DNA of 64,000 nucleotides. Origin: Thermodesulfobacteriota bacterium. GTDB lineage: Bacteria; Desulfobacterota; QYQD01. The position numbers and the translations under genes were made by a program. This document shows, one piece after another, positions 9,185-19,180 of the stretch (within the stretch, counting starts at the first letter, position 1; each line of letters starts with the position of its first letter). A model generated the notes under the pieces. It ran no database searches, had not been told where the DNA came from, and saw nothing but the letters and a program-made list of their open reading frames with translations. The stretch is taken from the NCBI GenBank assembly GCA_040754095.1, contig JBFMFO010000007.1:3121-67120 (forward strand), given 5' to 3'.

Positions 9185-9228
9185 AATAAATGGTAAGGTT
9201 CAAACTCTGAGGGACTCTATCTAATCAG

Positions 9229-10560
9229 ATGAAAGATACCTTAATCACACTTGCAATATGTATCTTTTTGACCACAAATCCAGTATATGCCGGGACTTAT
9301 CTTGATTCAGCCCATGGGAATACCTCTTACGGTGTAAACCGAAGCAGCACGTCCGGATATACAAAAGGAAGTTGCGGCCATTGCCATGAGATGCACGCCA
9401 GTATCGAGGGGAGTGAACCGGCCCCGGTGGGCGGTTCACCCTCAAAGTTTACCCTATTTTATACCAACCATACCAGCCAGACGGATAATTTCTGTTTTAA
9501 ATGCCACGACAATACTATTACCGTGGCGGCAACTGCCATAATGAACAGGAGCTACAGTTTCCGTGCCGGCGGCTGGACCAGTGATACCCTGAACGACGTC
9601 CTTGAAGCTTTTACAACCGGCGGGCCTACCAGCATACTTTCCGTACACAATCTTGACGATATAAGTACTTTCATCACCAGCAAGGCGTGGGGCTATACGG
9701 CCGACTCCAACCCCTGCTGCGCCTGTCACAACCCGCACGCCGTCCAGGGAGACCCGGCGAACTCAGGGAGTACTGCCAAGAGCGCCGCGACCCGCGGGTA
9801 TCCGGTCGCCCGGCCAAGCCAGCATGCCACCCTCTTTACCTGGGCACTGTGGGGGGATGGAGCGGGTGAAAAGATGAGCGACTACACTGCCTCCTACCAA
9901 GCTCCTTATCGCTTTGGTTCTACCACAACGTATGAGCCGGATGGTTCTTCTACCACTAATGGGTCCAATTTGACCGATTTCAATACATTTTGCACCGATT
10001 GTCACAACGCCACCAACACGATTTACAGCACTGCCTTGGGGCGGAATCTAAAGACTATAGACTGGGATAACGAGAAACACGGCAAAGGGAATGCCGATGA
10101 GGCAGTTAGTTTAAACAACCCATACAATGCTACTTTAGGCAAGGTGCTTGCCTGTACAGATTGCCACGAACCTCACGGTTCAGCGCATAAGGTCTTGATA
10201 AGAAATGAAGTTAATGGTGGGACGCTGGGCGGCGTCATCAACACTATTACATCGACGGATTGTACACCTTCATATTCAGATACAAACAAGGAAATAGCAT
10301 ACCTCTGTGACCGGTGCCACAACGACGACTACGAGTTCAGTACGTCCTGCCAGCAAGATCATTATTATTATATCCATCACAGTTCTTCGGCAACGGATGA
10401 GCCTTATAACGACATGGGTTGTGATAGCTGTCATACCTCTGGAATGGGTTCAGGCTGTACGAGTACCCGGAGCGCTATTAATTGCAACTGTTGCCATTAT
10501 CACGGGTCAGTTGTAAGTAGCGGGATTGATTATGCGCCTACCACCAGGCGTACATTTTGA
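9229..10560 (+). CDS. exported octaheme c-type cytochrome
   Basis: Signal peptide and eight CXXCH motifs: CGHCH, CFKCH, CCACH, CTDCH, CTDCH, CDRCH, CDSCH, CNCCH. Ser/Thr-rich. Confidence 0.92.
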   Translation: MKDTLITLAICIFLTTNPVYAGTYLDSAHGNTSYGVNRSSTSGYTKGSCGHCHEMHASIEGSEPAPVGGSPSKFTLFYTNHTSQTDNFCFKCHDNTITVAATAIMNRSYSFRAGGWTSDTLNDVLEAFTTGGPTSILSVHNLDDISTFITSKAWGYTADSNPCCACHNPHAVQGDPANSGSTAKSAATRGYPVARPSQHATLFTWALWGDGAGEKMSDYTASYQAPYRFGSTTTYEPDGSSTTNGSNLTDFNTFCTDCHNATNTIYSTALGRNLKTIDWDNEKHGKGNADEAVSLNNPYNATLGKVLACTDCHEPHGSAHKVLIRNEVNGGTLGGVINTITSTDCTPSYSDTNKEIAYLCDRCHNDDYEFSTSCQQDHYYYIHHSSSATDEPYNDMGCDSCHTSGMGSGCTSTRSAINCNCCHYHGSVVSSGIDYAPTTRRTF

Positions 10561-10586
10561 AGCTATTTCATATAAAAGTAGATAAT

Positions 10587-11705
10587 ATGAAAAAAATACC
10601 CTTAATATCATTCACCATAGCATACGTTATCTTGATAATAAGTATGTCCGGCCTTTGCCACGCCAAGGTCACGGGCGTTTGTTACAACTGTCATACCATG
10701 CACAATAGCCAGGGCGGCGCGGCCATGGCCCAGGAATATTCTTCCGGGAGCGGCGGGTTGACAGGGGATACCACTCCCAATCCGTGTCTGCTGTCCTATG
10801 ACTGCGTTGGTTGTCATTTTTCCAGTACGGCCAATACCATTGTAAGCGTAGGTTCAAGCAATATCCCCATAGTCTTGAACAGTACTGCCCCTGCCTCCCC
10901 CCTTGCGGGTGGTAATTTTTACTGGTTGGTGAACACGGGCGATAAATATGGTCACAATGTGTATGGAATTAAGACTCAGGAAGGCTCGCCGATGGATGCA
11001 CCGCCGGGTTTCACGGCCGGTGCCGGCACGCCCAGTGGCTACGGAAGCGGGCCGGCCTCATGGGCCACCCAGCTTAACTGCGCCGGGGTGTATGGATGTC
11101 ACGGCGATCGTACTCAAGGCGCGACGGCTGCCACTGTGGTTGAGGCCATGAAGGGGGGCCATCATGCTGATGACAGCGCCATAGATGGCACCAGTACAGG
11201 CAAAAGTTACCGGTTTCTAAGGGGCGTAAACGGTGTAGAGTTAAATGCTGCCGGTTATAAATGGGAACAGACGGCCGATTCCACCCATCACAATGGATAC
11301 AAGGGCGGAGCCACACCCGGAACCACGACGGACGGCATCAGTTACTTATGCGGCAGTTGCCACGGCAACTTTCACGGGCACGCAAATCTCGGAGGTTCCA
11401 CACAGGTTGGTTCTTCTTCGCCGTGGTTCAGGCACCCTACGGATTTTGCATTTAGTGGGGTAGAAGGCGGCTACGCCGGATCAGAATACGATGATTATAC
11501 AAGTTACTCGACTACAACGCCGGTAGCACTGTCCACGCCGTCCACATCAACTTCGACCGTTGACAGCACAAGCATGGTTATATGCCTTTCCTGCCACCGT
11601 GCCCATGGATCGCCGAATTACAAGATGATCCGCTGGGATTATAAAAGCGCCACCCTTTCTACGGCCCTGAGCGGCTGTAACGTCTGCCACACGTCGAAAA
11701 ATTAA
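10587..11705 (+). CDS. exported hexaheme c-type cytochrome, OmcS-like
   Basis: Signal peptide. Motifs CYNCHTMHNSQGG, CVGCH, GGNFYW, GHNV, CAGVYGCH (CX5CH), CGSCH, RHP, CLSCHRAH and CNVCH are collinear with Geobacter OmcS as I recall it. Confidence 0.88.
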   Translation: MKKIPLISFTIAYVILIISMSGLCHAKVTGVCYNCHTMHNSQGGAAMAQEYSSGSGGLTGDTTPNPCLLSYDCVGCHFSSTANTIVSVGSSNIPIVLNSTAPASPLAGGNFYWLVNTGDKYGHNVYGIKTQEGSPMDAPPGFTAGAGTPSGYGSGPASWATQLNCAGVYGCHGDRTQGATAATVVEAMKGGHHADDSAIDGTSTGKSYRFLRGVNGVELNAAGYKWEQTADSTHHNGYKGGATPGTTTDGISYLCGSCHGNFHGHANLGGSTQVGSSSPWFRHPTDFAFSGVEGGYAGSEYDDYTSYSTTTPVALSTPSTSTSTVDSTSMVICLSCHRAHGSPNYKMIRWDYKSATLSTALSGCNVCHTSKN

Positions 11706-11754
11706 CGGCCGGCTTTTCTCACCGCAAAGACGCAAAGGACGCAAAAGATGCAAG

Positions 11755-11885
11755 AAATCCGAAGCACAAAATTCGAAATACGAAACAAATTCAAATGACC
11801 AAAATTCTAAACAATTATGTTTCGGTCATTTGAGCATTTTGATTTCGGATTTGTTTCGGGTTTCGATATTAGGATTTCGGATTTA
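11755..11885. repeat. AAATCCG heptamer-array element
   Basis: AAATCCGAAGCACAAAATTCGAAATACGAAAC...GTTTCGATATTAGGATTTCGGATTT. Confidence 0.8.
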
Positions 11886-11908
11886 TAGCTTTGCGCCTTT
11901 GCAGCTAT

Positions 11909-11976
11909 GTAGGGTGGGCTCCGCCCACCAGACCTATACGCTATGCCGCAATAACGGTGGGCAAAGCCCACCCTAC
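11909..11976. repeat. GTAG-family REP doublet
   Basis: GTAGGGTGGGCTCCGCCCACC...GGTGGGCAAAGCCCACCCTAC. Confidence 0.85.
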
Positions 11977-12104
11977 GTCTAACCCGTCCGCGGGCAGCCA
12001 TCAGCTTTCAGCAACCCCACCGCTGGCCTTCAGTGCATTTTGTTGCGAAACCGGCCATTTTCTGATACGTTATCACAACATTCACTGCAAAGGTGCAAAG
12101 TAGG

Positions 12105-12244
12105 GCTGTCAGCGGTCAGCTATCAGCATGAAGCTGGTTCACCGTTCACTGTTGACCGTTTTACCGAAAGAAAATGTCGGACAACGGTTAACGGATAACG
12201 GATAATAAACATACTGACTGCTGACCGCTGATTGCTGATAGCTA
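12105..12244. repeat. GCTATCA/GCTGATA heptamer inverted array with internal CGGATAA/CGGTTAA repeats
   Basis: GCTGTCAGCGGTCAGCTATCAGC...GCTGACCGCTGATTGCTGATAGC. Near-identical reverse copies at about 28250-28380 and 42970-43105. Confidence 0.8.
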
Positions 12245-12262
12245 TTAAAAAGGAATCCCGAT

Positions 12263-14779
12263 TTGTCCTACCCCTTCCTGACACAGGTGAGAAAACCCGG
12301 CCGTTACCTGGGCACTGAAATAAATGCCGTTCGCAAAGACTGGCAGAAGGCCAGGGTGCGCATGGCTCTTATCTTCCCGGATTTGTATGAAATAGGCATG
12401 TCCCACTTGGGATTATCCATCCTTTATCATATTGTAAACAACCATGCGGACTTCCTGGCCGAACGGGCCTTCGCCCCGGACCTTGATCTGGAGGAATTGC
12501 TCCGCCGCGAGGATTATCCGTTACTTTCTCTTGAATCACAAAAGCCGCTCCGGGAATTCGACATCTTAGGGTTCACGCTGCCCTATGAGCTTTGTTATAC
12601 GAATGTGCTTACCGTATTAGACACAGCCGGCATCCCCTTCTATGCCCGGGAGAGAGATGAAAATTATCCACTGGTCATCGCCGGCGGGTCATGCGCGGCG
12701 AATCCCGAACCGGTGGCCGATTTCTTTGATGCCATCCTGATCGGTGATGGTGAGGAGGCCATAGTTGAAATAGCAAATGCTTATTCCCGCTGGAAAGAAG
12801 GCGCAGATGGCAAAGATGAGCTTTTAGAATTACTGGCCAGGATTGAAGGCGTATATATACCGTCTTACTTCAAGATGTCCTATGTCCCGGAAGGAAATAT
12901 CTGTGCTATCGAATCACTCAGGGCGGACTATACAAAGGTCTCACGCCGGGTAGTGAGCGACCTCGATCAGGCCCGGTATCCTGTGAGACCCGTGATCCCG
13001 CATACAAAACCGGTCCATGACCGTATCAGCCTGGAGATATCACGCGGCTGTGCGCGCGGCTGCCGTTTCTGCCAGGCGGGCATTACCTACCGCCCGGTCC
13101 GCGAAAGGGATCCCAGCACTATTCTCCAGATCGCCGAAGAGTCCCTGGCTGCCACCGGCCATGAGGAGCTTTCCCTTCTCTCGCTCAGCACGGGAGACTA
13201 TGTAAATCTGGAGGCGCTTATAAAGGCCCTTATGAATCGCTATTCCAGCGAACAGGTGGCTATATCTCTTCCCTCCCTGCGCGTGGGGACCCTGACCCCT
13301 GAGATCATGGCCGAGATAAAGCGGGTTCGTAAAACAGGCTTTACACTTGCCCCGGAGTCCGGCACCGCCAGGCTTAGGGCCGTAATTAATAAGGATATCT
13401 CGGAAGAAGACCTCCTGGCCACGGCTAAGGAGGCGTTTGAGGCCGGGTGGAACCTTTTGAAACTCTATTTCATGATCGGGCTACCGACCGAGACTTATGA
13501 AGATCTGGATGGCATAGCTGACCTGGCCAAACGGGTGTTGGCCTGCGGTCGTCACACCGGCAGACGCTGCCAAGTCAACGTAGCCATCTCTACCTTTGTC
13601 CCCAAGGCACATACCCCGTTCCAATGGGAGCCCCAGATAAGTATCGAAGAGAGCCGGCAGCGCCTGGATTATATCAAAAATGCCTTGTATAACCGGAGAA
13701 TCCAGGTCAAGTGGCATGACCCGCGGCAAAGTTTGCTGGAGGGCGTCTTCTCCAGGGGTGACCGCCGGTTGGCAGCCCTTATAGAACGCGCATACCGGCT
13801 TGGTTGCCGACTCGACGGCTGGGGAGATCAATTCCGGTTTTCTCTCTGGCAACAGGCCGCAACCGAAACCGGCCTGGAGCTGGAATCTTATATAAGAAAA
13901 CGGGACATTAACGAAATATTGCCTTGGGAACATATAGACTCTCTCGTAGATAAAAAATTCCTGATAAAAGAAAAAGAGAAGGCTGTCCATGGTGAGGCAA
14001 CAGCGGATTGCCGGAAGGGTGGGTGTGTCCTTTGCGGCGTCTGCGACGGGAAAGGGAGAGTTCTCCGGCTTGCAGAGCCGTTTCAGGATAGTTTCACCCC
14101 ATCAAAACGTCTGGAATCTACAGAGACAACGCGCATAAGGATTTACTATGGTAAACTGGAACTGGCGCGGTTCCTTAGCCACCTGGAAATAACGCGCATT
14201 TTCAGCCGGGCGCTGAAGAGAGCCGGCATTAATCTGGCCTATTCTAAAGGATTTCATCCCATGCCGAAGATGTCTTTCAGCTCTGCCCTGCCGGTTGGGA
14301 CGGAGAGTGTAGCTGAATATGCGGACTTAACGACGGTGGGGCCGATTAGACCGGACGATCTGGCTTCCCGTCTGCAAAAAGAGATGCCGGAGGGGTTTAT
14401 TATCTACGGCGCGGGAAAGGCGCTTACAACTGCCGTTGCCGAAACAAGCTATTACCGGATACGGTCAGATAATGCCGTCTTTACGGCCGGTCCGATACAG
14501 CGCTTCCTCTCAGCGGAAAGCTTTCCGATAGAACAGAAAAGAAAGGATAGCATACGGCGGGTGGATATAAAACCGCTGGTGAAGGCCCTGCAGTATATCG
14601 ATGCCCGGACTATTGCCCTATCCTTGGCGAACCGGCAAAAAGTCGGGGCTAAGCCTGCAGAAATAGTGGAGTCTATCTTCAATCTTTCCGAAGAAGAACT
14701 AAAGAATCTTCATATACTGAAATTGCCTGATAATCCCGTAGCGGAAGGAAATTCTTTATGCCTGCAGAACTCATTATAA
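12263..14779 (+). CDS. B12-binding radical SAM protein (TIGR03960-like) fused to a C-terminal TIGR03936/DUF2344-like domain
   Basis: KPGRYLGTE, PDLYEIGMSHLG, CARGCRFC. C-terminal FLSHLE...YSKGFHPMPKMSF. Confidence 0.92.
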   Translation: MSYPFLTQVRKPGRYLGTEINAVRKDWQKARVRMALIFPDLYEIGMSHLGLSILYHIVNNHADFLAERAFAPDLDLEELLRREDYPLLSLESQKPLREFDILGFTLPYELCYTNVLTVLDTAGIPFYARERDENYPLVIAGGSCAANPEPVADFFDAILIGDGEEAIVEIANAYSRWKEGADGKDELLELLARIEGVYIPSYFKMSYVPEGNICAIESLRADYTKVSRRVVSDLDQARYPVRPVIPHTKPVHDRISLEISRGCARGCRFCQAGITYRPVRERDPSTILQIAEESLAATGHEELSLLSLSTGDYVNLEALIKALMNRYSSEQVAISLPSLRVGTLTPEIMAEIKRVRKTGFTLAPESGTARLRAVINKDISEEDLLATAKEAFEAGWNLLKLYFMIGLPTETYEDLDGIADLAKRVLACGRHTGRRCQVNVAISTFVPKAHTPFQWEPQISIEESRQRLDYIKNALYNRRIQVKWHDPRQSLLEGVFSRGDRRLAALIERAYRLGCRLDGWGDQFRFSLWQQAATETGLELESYIRKRDINEILPWEHIDSLVDKKFLIKEKEKAVHGEATADCRKGGCVLCGVCDGKGRVLRLAEPFQDSFTPSKRLESTETTRIRIYYGKLELARFLSHLEITRIFSRALKRAGINLAYSKGFHPMPKMSFSSALPVGTESVAEYADLTTVGPIRPDDLASRLQKEMPEGFIIYGAGKALTTAVAETSYYRIRSDNAVFTAGPIQRFLSAESFPIEQKRKDSIRRVDIKPLVKALQYIDARTIALSLANRQKVGAKPAEIVESIFNLSEEELKNLHILKLPDNPVAEGNSLCLQNSL

Positions 14780-16284
14780 ATGCTTCACCTTATGAGACCC
14801 GCGTTGCCCTGTTGGAAGGCGGCTTAGTTGTCGAATTCTATGTAGAACGCAGCCTGGAAAAAAGTATTATCGGCAACATATATAAAGGACGGGTTACCCG
14901 GGTTCTGCCGGGGATGCAGGCTGCCTTTGTGGATATAGGGCTGGAGCGGACGGCCTTTATCCATGCCGCCGATATCTATAATCAAGTAACCGAGTATGAA
15001 ATGATGATGCTTTCTCGAGATACAGAGAGTGAGGCGGCGGAAGAATTGCCGGAAAAAGACGCAGAATACTACCCCTCGGCCTCGTTAAACATCGAAGACC
15101 TGTTACACGAAGGTCAGGATATAATAGTCCAGGCATCCAAAGAGCCTTTAGGGACTAAAGGGGCCCGGCTGACTTCCTATGTTACCCTGGCCGGCCGTAA
15201 TTTAGTGCTCATGCCCATGACCGAGCATGTCGGCGTATCCCGTCGTATCGAAGACGAGGAGGAACGAAGACGCCTCAAAGACATCATTGAGGCCGTTAAG
15301 CCGGCCGGCGTCGGGTTTATAGCCCGTACAGCCAGCGAGGGTGTGGATGTCGCCAAGCTGCAGGTCGAGATGGATTTTCTAATTAGAATGTGGGGTAATC
15401 TCCAGAAAAGGGCCGCTTCCGCACCGGTTCCCTCGCTTATATACGAAGATCTGGATATTACCCTGAGGGCCGCACGTGATCTCTTCGCAAAGGAAGTAGA
15501 TCGCTTGATTATTGATTCACCGGAAGAGCACCAGAGAGTGCTTACTTTCATGGAAACATTCGCTCCCCATCTGAAACCCTCTATAGAGCTATATACAAAC
15601 ATCACGCCCATCTTCGATGCCTATGGTATTGAAGTAGAAATGGCCCGTGCTCTGGAAAAAAAGGTCTGGCTGAAATCCGGCGGTTATATAGTAATCGAAA
15701 TGACTGAGGCCCTGACGGCTATCGACATTAACACCGGACGTTTTGTGGGAAAAAGAAACCTGGAAGAAACCATCCTCAAAACCAATCTGGAGGCGGTAAA
15801 AGAGATCGCCTATCAACTTCGGCTGCGTAATATAGGAGGTTTAATCATTATTGATTTTATTGATATGAAAAGGGAAAAGCATCGTGAAGAGGTCTTTAAC
15901 GCCCTGCGTGAAGCCCTACGCAAAGACAAGAGCAAGACCACCATATTGAAAATGTCCGAGCTGGGATTGATTGAAATGACACGCAAAAGGACACGGGAAA
16001 GCCTGGGCAGGCTTCTTTGCGAACCTTGCTTCTACTGTGACGGTGAGGGATTTCTGAAATCAAGACGAACTATCTGTTATGAGATATTCAGAAAGATTGA
16101 AAGAGAATCCGCTGATGTAATAGCCCCGGGTGTCACTATCTCCGTTCATCCGGACATAAGTGAGATGTTTCTAAACGAAGAAGCGAGACAGATCGAACTT
16201 CTTGAGCGGAAAATAAAGAAGCAAATTACTATTCAGTCCCACTCAGACCTGCATCTGGAGCAATACAAGATATCCTATAATTAG
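14758..16284 (+). CDS. rng: ribonuclease G (Rne/Rng family)
   Basis: GNIYKGRVTRVLPGMQAAFVDIG, AIDINTG, LRLRNIGGLIIIDFIDM and CFYCDGEG. Confidence 0.95.
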   Translation: MPAELIINASPYETRVALLEGGLVVEFYVERSLEKSIIGNIYKGRVTRVLPGMQAAFVDIGLERTAFIHAADIYNQVTEYEMMMLSRDTESEAAEELPEKDAEYYPSASLNIEDLLHEGQDIIVQASKEPLGTKGARLTSYVTLAGRNLVLMPMTEHVGVSRRIEDEEERRRLKDIIEAVKPAGVGFIARTASEGVDVAKLQVEMDFLIRMWGNLQKRAASAPVPSLIYEDLDITLRAARDLFAKEVDRLIIDSPEEHQRVLTFMETFAPHLKPSIELYTNITPIFDAYGIEVEMARALEKKVWLKSGGYIVIEMTEALTAIDINTGRFVGKRNLEETILKTNLEAVKEIAYQLRLRNIGGLIIIDFIDMKREKHREEVFNALREALRKDKSKTTILKMSELGLIEMTRKRTRESLGRLLCEPCFYCDGEGFLKSRRTICYEIFRKIERESADVIAPGVTISVHPDISEMFLNEEARQIELLERKIKKQITIQSHSDLHLEQYKISYN

Positions 16285-16356
16285 GCTATGTTGTATCACT
16301 TCAGCGCTTTGAAATAGTTCGACCTCTAAGGTTCCAGTTGCAGAGTGCCGTGGCTT

Positions 16357-16506
16357 AAATCCGAAATTCGAATATCGAAACTCGAAACAAATTCTAATTT
16401 TCAAATTTAAGAATGTCTCAAACTGCGGCGGGGCTAATTCGCTTTTGAATTTCTCATTTCGGTGATTCGATATTATTTCGGATTTCGTGCTTCGAATTTA
16501 GAATTT
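16357..16506. repeat. AAATCCG heptamer-array element between convergent genes
   Basis: AAATCCGAAATTCGAATATCGAAACTCGAAAC...TTCGGATTTCGTGCTTCGAATTT. Confidence 0.8.
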
Positions 16507-16512
16507 ATCCCT

Positions 16513-17019
16513 TTAGGATATCTTAAATTTCTCCTTCAACCGGCGGCAAGCCACATCCGGGACCAACCCTTCTACCGATCCCCCCAGGCTCGCTACTTCC
16601 CTGATCATGGTAGAGCTGATAAATATCCAGCGGAAGCCGGTCATGAGAAAAACCGTTTCAATATTACGGTTGAGCCGGCGATTCATCAGGGCCATCTGAA
16701 ATTCATAATCGAAATCCGAGACAGCCCGCAGCCCGCGCACAATAACATTGGCCTGACAGTTGGCTACATAATCTACGAGGAGACCGGTAAAGGTATCGAT
16801 CTCTATCCGTGGATTTTCATTAATAGTCTCCCGGATTATCTCCACACGTTCTTCAATTGTAAAGAGGGGCTTTTTAGCCGGGTTTACGGCTACGGCAATA
16901 ACAACCCGGTCAAACATATTGAGCGCCCGGTTGACTACATCAATGTGACCGTTAGTTATAGGATCAAACGTCCCGGGATAGACAGCAACGACCTCTCCCA
17001 CGATTCTATGCCTACTCAC
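16513..17019 (-). CDS. coaD: pantetheine-phosphate adenylyltransferase
   Basis: YPGTFDPITNGH and RGLRAVSDFDYE. GTG start at 17019 chosen from a GGAGG RBS; 17001 is an alternative. Confidence 0.96.
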   Translation of the reverse strand: MSRHRIVGEVVAVYPGTFDPITNGHIDVVNRALNMFDRVVIAVAVNPAKKPLFTIEERVEIIRETINENPRIEIDTFTGLLVDYVANCQANVIVRGLRAVSDFDYEFQMALMNRRLNRNIETVFLMTGFRWIFISSTMIREVASLGGSVEGLVPDVACRRLKEKFKIS

Positions 17020-17300
17020 CTGCTTCCTCCCGTCCACATAAAAAAATTAGCCACAGAGCACACAGAAATTTTAAATCTTGCCGCAGAGACCGCCGAGAAC
17101 GCCGAGATAACATATTAAAGGAATTTGTAACTATTCAGCCACTAAGACACCAAGCCACTAAGACTAAGATTATTCCTTTGTGTCTTGGTGCCTTGGTGGC
17201 AAAATTTTTTCTCTGCGGGCTCTGCGTACTCAGCGGTGAAAAGGCTTTTATGAATTATCATAAATTCTTTTTCTCCGTGTTCTCTGTGGTGAAATTCTTT

Positions 17301-17852
17301 TCATTCTTTCTCAAAAAAATAGACCGTGGTCCGGCCATAAACTCGCTTTTCACCCTGCGCCCGAAAACCGGCAGGAGAAGATAAATCCTCTGCCTTATCG
17401 CATTCCACTACCACCACTCCATCCGGTTTTATTAAATTATACCGGGCCAGCAACTCCAGCGTCTTCAGGGCCATGCCCTGGCCGTAAGGGGGGTCCATAA
17501 AGATTACATCAAAAAGGAGTCCGGGCTTTTCCAGAAATCCCAGTCCGTGCAGCGGATTTTTCTGAAAGACGCGTCCTTTTTCGGAAAAACCGCAGAGCGA
17601 GAGATTCTTTTTGATGGTCTCAACGGCATAGGGATGGTGGTCAATAAAGACTGACTCTGACGCCCCGCGGCTCAGGGCCTCAATACCCAGGGCGCCCGTG
17701 CCGGCAAAAAGGTCCAGTACCCTGGACCCATCCCAGTCCAGGTTCAGGATATTAAAGATAGCCTGCCGAATCTTGTCGCTGGTAGGCCGGATCCCTTTTC
17801 CTTTTATCGGCGCCAGGTTCCGCCCTTTAGCCGTACCGGCAATAATACGCAA
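17301..17852 (-). CDS. rsmD: 16S rRNA m2G966 methyltransferase
   Basis: MRIIAGTAKGR, RPTSD, LDLFAGTGALGIEALSRG, DPPY. Confidence 0.96.
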   Translation of the reverse strand: MRIIAGTAKGRNLAPIKGKGIRPTSDKIRQAIFNILNLDWDGSRVLDLFAGTGALGIEALSRGASESVFIDHHPYAVETIKKNLSLCGFSEKGRVFQKNPLHGLGFLEKPGLLFDVIFMDPPYGQGMALKTLELLARYNLIKPDGVVVVECDKAEDLSSPAGFRAQGEKRVYGRTTVYFFEKE

Positions 17853-17861
17853 TTATGCCCC

Positions 17862-18953
17862 TTATGAAAGCCCTTCTATGACCATGGAGGCCGTGCCTGC
17901 CGCCCGGAATGCCTTTATCAATTCCTTGGCCTCTTGATAAGCCATGTCTTCGATTATCTTCTTATTTTCGGACGGTATATTATCTATCTTCTGTTTAAAT
18001 GGCTTGGTGGCCATCTTTATATCTTTGTTATTCTCTCCGGCCCAGGTCCTCATTTCCTCCATCAGACCGGCCGGCAGCCCCTTATGGGCGACATTCTGCC
18101 ACTGGGTGCCCACGTTGCCCTTGCGAATACCATAATCAGCAAAACGGCCCACCAGATGCAGCGGAGTGCCGGTAATCCCATGCTGGGCAATTACTATCCC
18201 GTCCCCTCTAACGGCCTCGTAGATCTGACCGGTGCGCTCCAGATCGATAAATATCTTCTCTCCTTCCAGATAATTACCATGCTTGGAGCCATTGTTAATA
18301 GCCAGCATATCCGGGCGCACACCATTGGCCTTAAGGCCGGAAATAAAGGCCACGGCTTCCTCCACCGTAGTCAACATGGACTCCTGGCCGGCAGACTTTA
18401 TCTCCCCTACCTCCACCTCAAGGCCAATGCCCTGTTCAATAATGGGCCGGGCCAGTTCGGCAGTAATACGTATGTTATCCGGCAATTCATTAAAAGAGGC
18501 ATCTACAGCAAATGAGGTGTATCCGGCGGCCAGTTCGGCAGTAATGAGTTGACGAGCCGATTCGATCTCTTTATCCGAGGTGTTTTTGACGGTGATATGG
18601 TCGCCATGGATGAAAAAAGGCCGGGTAAAATTTCTCTCTTCCGCATAGCCCGTAACCGTCGCAAAATAGGTCTCAGGGGCCTGACCGGTATAGCCGCCAT
18701 CTATATGGCCCTCGCTCTTGGCCAGCTCAAAAGCCACCACAGCGTCCAACTCTTCGGCCGCCCGCATAATACCGGGAATGACATGTTTAATGCGCGTGTT
18801 ACAGGCCATAACAATAGCCTTTTTATCTTTAAGTACCCTTAAGATATCCTTGGAATTTAACAGGCATACCTTGCTTCCCTTGCCGAGTCTCCCGATCACA
18901 TAAGACGGCCTTTGAGCCAAAACTTTGTCCGTAACTGGAAGTGCCATAACCAT
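17862..18953 (-). CDS. fba: class II fructose-bisphosphate aldolase
   Basis: HGDH, EVEVGEI, AINNGSKHG, QHGITG and KGNVGT motifs. Confidence 0.9.
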   Translation of the reverse strand: MVMALPVTDKVLAQRPSYVIGRLGKGSKVCLLNSKDILRVLKDKKAIVMACNTRIKHVIPGIMRAAEELDAVVAFELAKSEGHIDGGYTGQAPETYFATVTGYAEERNFTRPFFIHGDHITVKNTSDKEIESARQLITAELAAGYTSFAVDASFNELPDNIRITAELARPIIEQGIGLEVEVGEIKSAGQESMLTTVEEAVAFISGLKANGVRPDMLAINNGSKHGNYLEGEKIFIDLERTGQIYEAVRGDGIVIAQHGITGTPLHLVGRFADYGIRKGNVGTQWQNVAHKGLPAGLMEEMRTWAGENNKDIKMATKPFKQKIDNIPSENKKIIEDMAYQEAKELIKAFRAAGTASMVIEGLS

Positions 18954-18982
18954 GCCTCCTTTGGCGTTTTAGGGGTACCAAC

Positions 18983-19140
18983 TAGTTTCCATCCGGAAAC
19001 CTAAGATTCCCGGATGGAGCGGTCAGCTTTCAGCTATCAGCATTCAGCTTACTATGTTGTTTATCTTAGATTTTGCTGAGAGCTGATCGCTGATGGCTGA
19101 AGGCTTGAATCTGAAAACGGTACTTTCCGGATGAGCACTA
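18983..19140. mobile_element. MITE with TAGTnnnCATCCGGAAA terminal inverted repeats enclosing a TCAGC/GCTGA array
   Basis: TAGTTTCCATCCGGAAA...TTTCCGGATGAGCACTA. Same TIR at 28212-28412, 42910 and 44343-44372. Confidence 0.7.
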
Positions 19141-19180
19141 ATTAACACAGGCTAAATTGAAAACTAAAGTTACCGTCCTC

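Noticed and set aside
8813-9228. Cyclic-dinucleotide (GEMM) riboswitch upstream of the cytochromes, and a sigma-54 site at 8848-8864
   Set aside because: No GEMM consensus is recognisable. TTGGCAC-N-GC has the right spacing but a weak -12 and is separated from the gene by a repeat.
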